DNA of 64,000 bases, taken from a virus. Taxonomy: Duplodnaviria; Caudoviricetes. Below the pieces are notes generated by a model that saw nothing but the letters and a program-made list of their open reading frames with translations, was not told the DNA's origin and ran no database searches. The stretch is taken from the IMG/VR virus record IMGVR_UViG_3300020577_005800, positions 6,044-70,043 of that record. One strand, 5' to 3'. Positions 57,561-64,000 of this stretch are shown here, piece by piece (the stretch's first letter is position 1; each line of letters begins with the position of its first letter). A program made the translations under genes and the position numbers.

Positions 57561-57707
57561 TATCCACTCGGCGCTTGCGAAAAGGGATAATTCCTGCGAC
57601 AAGCGCTACTGTACTCGCGACTCGCACTGGACGCCTGTCTGCGTTGCGGTTGTCGCGGCGACTGCGACGAATACGCGGTGAAACTCAAGACCGAAAAGGA
57701 GGAGAAG

Positions 57708-58001
57708 ATGTCCAAGATTCCGTCCGCTGAAGACCTGAGGAATGCCCTCGCCAAGGCCCGCGAGCATGCGGACACCAACATGGAGACCGAACTCAACAAG
57801 GCGAAAGCACTCATCTACGAGCACGTGATCGAGCATCAGAAGAAGGGGGACAGGAAGTTCACTCTCGCTACTCGTCTTGTGCCTCTCAGCAGCCAGGAGA
57901 GTGTTCAGGCCCTTCGCATGTGGAGTCAGGCGGCCGGAGTCACCATCTGCCTCGTGGACGACCAGCGCGACGGCAACTACTGGGACATCTCGTGGAGGTA
58001 A
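57708..58001 (+). CDS. Hypothetical protein
   Basis: AAGGAGG RBS. Confidence 0.65.
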   Translation: MSKIPSAEDLRNALAKAREHADTNMETELNKAKALIYEHVIEHQKKGDRKFTLATRLVPLSSQESVQALRMWSQAAGVTICLVDDQRDGNYWDISWR

Positions 58002-58143
58002 CCTTCCCCGAGCGGCGACCGAAGGCACGTCCCGACCTCGCGCACTTCTCCATGCGGTGGAAAGTGGTAGGGGACGGGCCAGTGCCTTCGGTCTGTGACG
58101 CCGTGAAAGTATTCCGTTCGTCTACTTGTGAGGTGCTGGAGGT

Positions 58144-58836
58144 GTGCGTAACCTCTGTGCAGCCCGAGGGAGATGGACAATGGGTAGCGGATTTCGTGAA
58201 CATTCCGAAGATACCGAGCGCTCGCAACTGATCGCCTTCCTGCGTCCGTGGGCAGAAAAGAGTAAATTGGCGAGGGAAATCCTTGCTTGCGCCGAGAAGG
58301 CGTCTATGGTGGAAGACATGAAGGCACGCACCTCCGTCAACATCGAAGTCGCCAAGCCCCGTCGCTGCCAATTCCGCTACAACGCGAAGCCGATCGAGGC
58401 CGCCAAGTCTGGTCTCGACCACATCCGCGACGTGCTGAATGAAGCATTCTCCCCGCTCTGGGACCTCGTGTCGTACGAGCGGGGAGGTGCGTTCGAGACG
58501 CAGATTCCGTGCCAGTGGGGTGTGGCGTCCGTCACTCTCGAACCCGACCTCCCTGTGTGGGTCGGCGAGATGACCGACGAGGGGCTGGGCGAGGGAGATT
58601 TGATGCTTCTCCGGCAAGTGCCGGTCGGGGGCAAGTTCTACGTCCACAGTTCTCCGGGGCTTTTCAATGACGAACGCTCGCCGGGGAAGTGGGAGATGCC
58701 GGGGCTGGTGCGTTCGCATCCCAGGTCGACCATCACGCTCGTCGTTGAGTTCCCCGCCATCGGGGTGGAGTGGATGAGGGCGAAGGCCGCTCTCAACAAG
58801 GCAGGCTGCTTCGACATCATGGAGCTTTCGCAATGA
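58144..58836 (+). CDS. Hypothetical protein (start uncertain)
   Basis: 230-aa ORF. Confidence 0.55.
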   Translation: MRNLCAARGRWTMGSGFREHSEDTERSQLIAFLRPWAEKSKLAREILACAEKASMVEDMKARTSVNIEVAKPRRCQFRYNAKPIEAAKSGLDHIRDVLNEAFSPLWDLVSYERGGAFETQIPCQWGVASVTLEPDLPVWVGEMTDEGLGEGDLMLLRQVPVGGKFYVHSSPGLFNDERSPGKWEMPGLVRSHPRSTITLVVEFPAIGVEWMRAKAALNKAGCFDIMELSQ

Positions 58837-59063
58837 GTAAGGTCGTCATCGACTTCGCAGGCACCGACCCGATCAAGACCCGCATCATCCAGAAGATGGC
58901 TGAGGACTACATCCGCAACGTGCGTGCGGTGCTCTCCATCGACAAGGATGATGCGGTCCACGTGCTCATCGCGGACGCGCCTGAGGGAATGGCTCTGTTC
59001 ATCGGACACGAACCGCCCGCAACGACCGATAACTTCTACCAGGCACCCCAGGCTAAGGCATGA
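58833..59063 (+). CDS. Small hypothetical protein
   Basis: ATGA overlap with the upstream stop. Confidence 0.55.
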   Translation: MSKVVIDFAGTDPIKTRIIQKMAEDYIRNVRAVLSIDKDDAVHVLIADAPEGMALFIGHEPPATTDNFYQAPQAKA

Positions 59064-59119
59064 TGACGACCATCGACCAGCGAGGTGTTAGAGTGTGTGA
59101 CCCACACAGGCCGTTTGCC

Positions 59120-59188
59120 TAACCCTCCCTCTAACTAACCCTCCCCTGTAAGAGACGGGTGGGGTAAATAAGGGGGTAGGGTAAATGA
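59120..59188. promoter_or_regulatory. Symmetric C-rich/G-rich element, copy 1
   Basis: Two TAACCCTCCC motifs followed by two inverted G-rich motifs, ending GGGGTAGGGTAAATGA. Confidence 0.6.
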
Positions 59189-59206
59189 AAATCCCAAAGA
59201 GGTCGT

Positions 59207-59707
59207 ATGGCTTCACTCGTCAAGCAACGCATCTTCGATCTCGTCCACGACATCATCGAAGGCCCGATGTGCTTGGATAAGGCAATCCTCCTGGCAGTGG
59301 TCGCGCACGCGGGGCAGAAGGATAAGGGCAACAACTCCTACATCCGCCATCCTCTGCGTGTCATGGAGCAGATGGACGGCGAGTATGAGATGTGTGTCGC
59401 CGTGGTCCATGACGTAGTGGAGGACACGGAGTTCGCTCTCAGTGACCTACGGGTGCTCGGCTTCACGCAGGACCAAATCGACGCCATGGACGCCCTGACC
59501 AAGCGGGAGGGCGAGGACTACCTGGACTCCATTCGCAACCGTGTGGCGCCGTCCGTGGTGTCGAGCAAGGTGAAGGAGAAGGACATCCGCGACAATATGG
59601 CTCTGTGGCGCCTGAAGAACAGGAAGCTCACGGAGAAGGACATGACCCGGATGCAGAACTACATCGACGCCCTGGAATTGCTGGGAAAATTACGGGCGCG
59701 GGGTTAA
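59207..59707 (+). CDS. HD-domain (p)ppGpp hydrolase-like protein (SpoT-HD/Mesh1 family)
   Basis: AHAGQ.D....YIRHPLRV, VHDVVEDT and VKEKDIRDN. Confidence 0.88.
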   Translation: MASLVKQRIFDLVHDIIEGPMCLDKAILLAVVAHAGQKDKGNNSYIRHPLRVMEQMDGEYEMCVAVVHDVVEDTEFALSDLRVLGFTQDQIDAMDALTKREGEDYLDSIRNRVAPSVVSSKVKEKDIRDNMALWRLKNRKLTEKDMTRMQNYIDALELLGKLRARG

Positions 59708-60004
59708 TGACTAAATTCTGGGCTGCCTCGGCCGACTAAGAATTCAGCCGTATAGGACCAGAAAAAATATAGCCCGTATGTGGCCCCCGACCTATAGGTG
59801 TCGCCCCTCCCGAGGGCCGCGAGATCAGGGAGCTACCGAGGGCTCGCCGATCGGGGCTACACCTGTAACCGAGCGATCGCTCTGGTGTAACCCGACCAAG
59901 TGACCGTTCGGTCGCCTTTCCGCCCCTCACCTTATAGAGGCGCGGGACGCTTGCCGCTGAGCACAGGATCGGCACCTCGGGCGCGGGGTCAACGCTGGCA
60001 CACT

Positions 60005-60060
60005 TCACGCAATGCTTTTCCTCGCCGCAACGACGCGGTAGGAGGAAAAGCATTGCGTGA
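60005..60060 (+). promoter_or_regulatory. 19-bp stem sequestering an RBS and start codon
   Basis: TCACGCAATGCTTTTCCTC (60005-60023) pairs perfectly with GAGGAAAAGCATTGCGTGA (60042-60060). Confidence 0.75.
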
Positions 60061-60607
60061 GAACGTCAAAGCCGCCGAAGAAGCGTTGAGAACCGCTGAA
60101 ACGGCGCTCAAAGGTACGCCGGCCGAAAGCCTCGGGGCCGCTCGTGCCGAGGTGAAGCGCGCTCGAAAGGCGCTGGCGGAGGCTCAAGCCGCCTATCTCG
60201 CGACCGTCAACCCCGACGATGATCAAGCCGTGATCGATCTGGCGATGATGCTCGGCCGGAGCGATCCCCCTAACGAATCCCGCACGGAATCGATCCGGCA
60301 AGCGATGAAAGCAGGTGCGTCGTACGAAGTGATCGGCTGGATCGCTACCTCGGTGCGCGTGTTTCGTAACACTTCGATCGTGCTCCCGGCGGGGCGCTAT
60401 GAATCATGTTCGCGTGGCAAGGGCTGGTGCCGACTCGGCAAGGGCTCGGCCGCTCAATGGGGTGATCGTGTCAACGGAGGCTATCAGGTTGACACCCCGG
60501 GCAAATGGATCGTGGGGTCCAATGACGGCTACAACCGCAAGGGCGAAACCACCTGGACGGTGGAACACGTCAAGATCGGCGAAAACACCTGGACGATCGC
60601 GAACTAA
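60053..60607 (+). CDS. Hypothetical early protein (coiled coil plus Trp/Gly-rich beta domain)
   Basis: AGGAGG at 60040-60045, then an in-frame TTG at 60053. Confidence 0.7.
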   Translation: MRENVKAAEEALRTAETALKGTPAESLGAARAEVKRARKALAEAQAAYLATVNPDDDQAVIDLAMMLGRSDPPNESRTESIRQAMKAGASYEVIGWIATSVRVFRNTSIVLPAGRYESCSRGKGWCRLGKGSAAQWGDRVNGGYQVDTPGKWIVGSNDGYNRKGETTWTVEHVKIGENTWTIAN

Positions 60608-60663
60608 CGCGCTCGCGAACCAAAACCCCAAAACCAAACGCCTGAACCGTAGGAGGAAAATCA

Positions 60664-61005
60664 ATGCTGGCGCTCGAATACAAGCCCGAAACCCTGGGCC
60701 GCGAAGATCGGATCTATTCGTGGGCGCTCCGGATGATGCGAAGCGGCGAGCGGCATTCGGTCGTTGCGCACGTCTCGCGAGTGCTCGCGCGTTCCCCGAG
60801 CAACCCGAACGATCGGCGCGGGGTCAAGCTCCCCGAGGGGCCGATCGTGTCCATGAAAGGGCGCGAGCCGATCGCGCTCTATCACAACCCCAACCCGGAA
60901 ACGGTCACCCTCTACCACGGCAACGGGGTGCGCACGATCGATAACCCCGCGTTGCTCGTGTACTACCCCGGCAACGGTGCGCCGTGCGTTATGGTGCTCA
61001 AGTGA
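60664..61005 (+). CDS. Hypothetical early protein
   Basis: AGGAGG RBS. Confidence 0.7.
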   Translation: MLALEYKPETLGREDRIYSWALRMMRSGERHSVVAHVSRVLARSPSNPNDRRGVKLPEGPIVSMKGREPIALYHNPNPETVTLYHGNGVRTIDNPALLVYYPGNGAPCVMVLK

Positions 61006-61628
61006 ACCGCCCCGAGGATAAGCGGATCGTGCGGGTCCGTGTAGAACAGGATCCGGACTGTGACGGGCCGTTGACTTGGGGTCAGTGGGAATTGCGGTTG
61101 TTCGATACGTGCCGCATTCGCACGGGTAACGGAATCATCGCGGCCAATGCGGATGATTACTTTCGCTCGGCCGATTCGTGGGGCGATATCGGGGACGTGC
61201 CGATCGGCGTTCAGGCTCGAATCCGTGCCGGAAATGCCGAATTCGTGCGCCTGGACGATCACGGCTCCAACGGCTACCGCTTCCACGCCACGGAGCGCCG
61301 CCCCAATGGGATCCTGTGGTATGTCGGCAAGCTGGAAGGCAACCCGATCCCCCGAGGCCAGCACCTCGAAAGCATGATCGAAACGATCGATCACTGGGTG
61401 CAGGGCGAATGCTACGGCTACACGATCACGGATGAAACGACCGGCGAGGAAGATTCTTGTTGGGGTTTCATCGGCGCCGAGCATATCGGCACGGAGCTTG
61501 CGAGCCTGTGTAGCGATGCACGGATCCTCACGATCGATGGTGATTCGGCGTGGGTTGTGTCCAAGTGGATTCAGCCGGACCCGGAAGCCGATTCCCTCCC
61601 CTACAACGACAACAACGGCGCGGACTAA
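61002..61628 (+). CDS. Conserved phage early protein
   Basis: WVQGECYGYTITD...DSCWGFIG motif; GTGA overlap. Confidence 0.7.
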   Translation: MNRPEDKRIVRVRVEQDPDCDGPLTWGQWELRLFDTCRIRTGNGIIAANADDYFRSADSWGDIGDVPIGVQARIRAGNAEFVRLDDHGSNGYRFHATERRPNGILWYVGKLEGNPIPRGQHLESMIETIDHWVQGECYGYTITDETTGEEDSCWGFIGAEHIGTELASLCSDARILTIDGDSAWVVSKWIQPDPEADSLPYNDNNGAD

Positions 61629-61640
61629 GGAGCACTCGAA

Positions 61641-62282
61641 ATGAATCCGTTTCAGGCAATCGATCGCGCGGCCGAGGATTACCGCTCCAACCTGAACCCC
61701 GGCGCGGGCGCGGTCTCGGGCGCGGGGTCGGCGCTCCGGTTCGGGCGCTGGCTCGCGTCCACGCTCAAAGCGAGCGCGTACGAAGGCGACGACACGATCG
61801 AAGCAATCGAGGGGCACCTTTCGGATCTCAAGCAAGGCGGGTGCGGGGCCGTGGTCGGCGCGTGGCCGTGGGAAACGCACAAGATCCGCGAAGTGTACGC
61901 CGAGCACGAGGATCCGATCCTGGACGTGTGCGACCGGATCCGGCTCCGTGAGAACCCGCGCGAGCCGTTCGATACGCTGGCGGTCAACCGCACGTGGAAG
62001 GCGATCGAAACCGAAGCGCCCCGCCTGTGGACCATGGCGCGCGAGTACATGGCACGACACCCGGCGCGAGGGGTCGCGTTGACCCCGGCCGCAAAGGAGC
62101 TTTTGCGTTGGCTCCGCAAATGGAATTACACCCCGGGCGATGATCCGTTGTTCGCGACGGACCACGCGACCCTTTCCCACTGTGGGATCGGCGTCGACCC
62201 GGCCGCGCTGGAACTGGCGCGTAACTGGCTCGATAAGCACGCGGGGCCGGGGCTCGCGGCGGCGCTTCGGAGGCTCAAGTAA
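61641..62282 (+). CDS. Hypothetical early protein
   Basis: AAGGAG RBS. Confidence 0.7.
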   Translation: MNPFQAIDRAAEDYRSNLNPGAGAVSGAGSALRFGRWLASTLKASAYEGDDTIEAIEGHLSDLKQGGCGAVVGAWPWETHKIREVYAEHEDPILDVCDRIRLRENPREPFDTLAVNRTWKAIETEAPRLWTMAREYMARHPARGVALTPAAKELLRWLRKWNYTPGDDPLFATDHATLSHCGIGVDPAALELARNWLDKHAGPGLAAALRRLK

Positions 62283-62491
62283 TGGTCTACGTTTTCCGCT
62301 TCACGGGCACGATCAAGGGAAGCCTTGGACACTCCCGGGAATTCGTCGGGATCGTCAACGTGGAATCATCCGAAGGGCCGGACAAGGAAGGGAAACCGCC
62401 CGCGTCCGTGTCCGATGAAGGATGGCGCAAGGCGCTTCCCTTCTACGAAACGCACGAGCACCTTTCATGCTCAATCACGGTCGACAAATGA
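62282..62491 (+). CDS. Small hypothetical protein
   Basis: TAATG overlap. Confidence 0.6.
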   Translation: MVYVFRFTGTIKGSLGHSREFVGIVNVESSEGPDKEGKPPASVSDEGWRKALPFYETHEHLSCSITVDK

Positions 62492-62898
62492 CCGCGTGCG
62501 GGTGTCCCGTCAACGCTCCCGAAGCCAACCCCGAGCAATGGGATTGCCCTTGTGGCGACCATTGCCCGCACTGCAACAAAGGTAATACCGTGGATCAACC
62601 GACCGATCTGGAATACGCCGCGAAACGCTACGGGCTCAACCGCCCCGAGGGTGCGCGCATCCTGAATGCCCCGAAATGGGCGCGGGAATACGTCTACGCG
62701 CTCGAAAGCGTGATCACCCGTGCCTGTGTCGCCGTGCGCCTGGACGCCGGCAACGACGGCAACGGCAACCCGGGACCGCTGGCGAACGCGATCACGATGA
62801 GCACGACCGCGAGCGAATACCGTAGCACCGTGAAGGAATACGGGCCGGGTTCGATCGCGCGCCTCGGGGCCTTCAAAGCGTTGGGGGTGCGCCAGTGA
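62488..62898 (+). CDS. Hypothetical protein with N-terminal Cys cluster
   Basis: CGC...CPCGDHCPHC; ATGA overlap. Confidence 0.65.
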   Translation: MTACGCPVNAPEANPEQWDCPCGDHCPHCNKGNTVDQPTDLEYAAKRYGLNRPEGARILNAPKWAREYVYALESVITRACVAVRLDAGNDGNGNPGPLANAITMSTTASEYRSTVKEYGPGSIARLGAFKALGVRQ

Positions 62899-62967
62899 TC
62901 GCCGTGCTCGGGTTCATTCTGTGGATCGTGCTCTATGTCGTGCTCGGGTGCGCGGGAGGGTGATCAA

Positions 62968-63417
62968 ATGCTTCCGTCCGTCAAAACGCTGGAAACCATC
63001 GCCGACAATTGCACCGATGCGAAACTGATTCGGGCCGTGCTCGAATTGTTCGATAAGGACGGCCCCGGAAGCGCGAACGCCGACGAATGGCGCGACCTGC
63101 AAGCCAAGGATCTGAGGTGGGCGCGCCTGGACGTGCCCTATTCGTGGCGGGGCTATCACAACTCACACAGGGTACGGCTCGCGCTCGAATTCTGCGATCG
63201 CATCCTCGGCACGTGCGGCGTGGAAAGCGCGATCGATGATCCCCACGGGTTCAGCCCGCACAACGGCCCGGACTACGCGATCGATTACTGTAACACGGGC
63301 GACACTTACGGGTTGACCCTGTGTTACGTGACGACTCCGAAACGGGATTACTTCACGGTCGCATCATGGGGTGATATCCTGGAAGCGCTCGAAAAGCGGG
63401 GAGCTAAGTTCCAATGA
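62968..63417 (+). CDS. Conserved phage early protein
   Basis: GVE...YCNTGDTYGLTL motif; GGAGGG RBS. Confidence 0.7.
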   Translation: MLPSVKTLETIADNCTDAKLIRAVLELFDKDGPGSANADEWRDLQAKDLRWARLDVPYSWRGYHNSHRVRLALEFCDRILGTCGVESAIDDPHGFSPHNGPDYAIDYCNTGDTYGLTLCYVTTPKRDYFTVASWGDILEALEKRGAKFQ

Positions 63418-63514
63418 GTCGCACAATGGCGCTAGACTCCGATCAATGGACCTATGCACAGGCGCTAGAGGCATTCGCCCGAGCGCCGAGCATCCTGGAC
63501 GAAATCACAAGGCC

Positions 63515-63583
63515 AAACCCTCCCCTTAAATAACCCTCCCCTCTAAAGGGCGGGGTAGGATAATCGAGGGGTAGGGTAAATGA
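63515..63583. promoter_or_regulatory. Symmetric C-rich/G-rich element, copy 2
   Basis: Same layout as 59120-59188, with an identical terminal 16-mer. Confidence 0.6.
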
Positions 63584-63602
63584 CTTCACGGAGGGAGTAG
63601 CA

Positions 63603-63821
63603 ATGCGCGTGCGTTACTATCGCGAGCCGAACGGGGATTACCTGTGCGCCAACTTGGACACCCGCCGGGGTGATTCCGTGGACGTGCGAGGGGCGGCCCT
63701 GGAAGGCTCCATTTCGAGCGTATGCACGAACACGGCAACCATGGGCTACCTCGGGACCTGTAAGCAGGTTCGGCCGTCCAGGGTGCCCGAGAAATGGCGC
63801 AAGGCGGTTGCCTGGACGTGA
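63603..63821 (+). CDS. Small hypothetical protein
   Basis: GGAGGGAG RBS. Confidence 0.65.
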   Translation: MRVRYYREPNGDYLCANLDTRRGDSVDVRGAALEGSISSVCTNTATMGYLGTCKQVRPSRVPEKWRKAVAWT

Positions 63822-63836
63822 GGCCCGGTCTAGTGC

Positions 63837-63865
63837 TTGACCCTGTGTCCCGAGGGGCGTAGGGT
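63837..63865 (+). promoter_or_regulatory. Sigma70-like promoter candidate
   Basis: TTGACC-N17-TAGGGT. Confidence 0.5.
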
Positions 63866-64000
63866 GTAGAGGTGCCCGGCGGGGCTGGATACGCACGAAC
63901 GGAACGAACTGGAACCCGATCACAGGAGGGGCCGCCCATGCGCTGATTTAGTCATTGTGCCCAAGCGAGGATGATCACCAGGAAGCCTCGCACCGTCCGG

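Noticed and set aside
59190-63514. Invertible or excisable cassette bounded by the twin elements
   Set aside because: No recombinase was seen in the window, and the early-gene sequence style continues beyond copy 2. It remains one testable hypothesis only.
1-64000. Integrase, retron, DGR or CRISPR array
   Set aside because: No tyrosine or serine recombinase motif, reverse transcriptase (YxDD) domain, TR/VR pair or regularly spaced repeat array was found by inspection.

Overview
The window is a large part, possibly most, of the genome of a tailed dsDNA phage. Nearly all real genes lie on the + strand, and I saw no integrase, CRISPR array or reverse transcriptase. A myxobacterial-type SspB homologue suggests a Myxococcota host (inference). 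Gene order: (1) accessory region at 1-10.3 kb with a KGG stress protein, a DUF2829/Tad2-like protein, SspB, an ATP-dependent ligase, a three-tRNA cluster (Pro, Asn, Glu) interleaved with unexplained structured RNAs, and a tandem GroES-like protein; (2) virion module at 10.3-34 kb with an intein-containing terminase, portal, gpF-like protein, scaffold, Mu-gpT-like capsid, HNH, tail tube, a -1 frameshift tail chaperone, a 1202-aa tape measure and tail-tip proteins, with no sheath, so siphovirus-like; (3) putative lysis cassette at 34-36.3 kb; (4) replication and nucleotide module at 36.6-57.6 kb with a phosphoesterase, PD-(D/E)XK nuclease, primase, class II RNR, SF2 helicase, PolA, DUF5664, ThyX, Dam-like methylase, ParB-like protein and dCMP deaminase; (5) an HD hydrolase and probable early genes at 59-64 kb. 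The least explained signals are a CCA-tailed minihelix and other folded RNAs in the tRNA cluster, two 69-bp symmetric C-rich/G-rich elements with identical internal spacing, a 19-bp hairpin burying an RBS and start codon, a Mom-like gene split at a G7 tract, and a Dam-like enzyme with NWPW in place of NPPY. All family assignments come from motif recognition by eye; no database searches were run.
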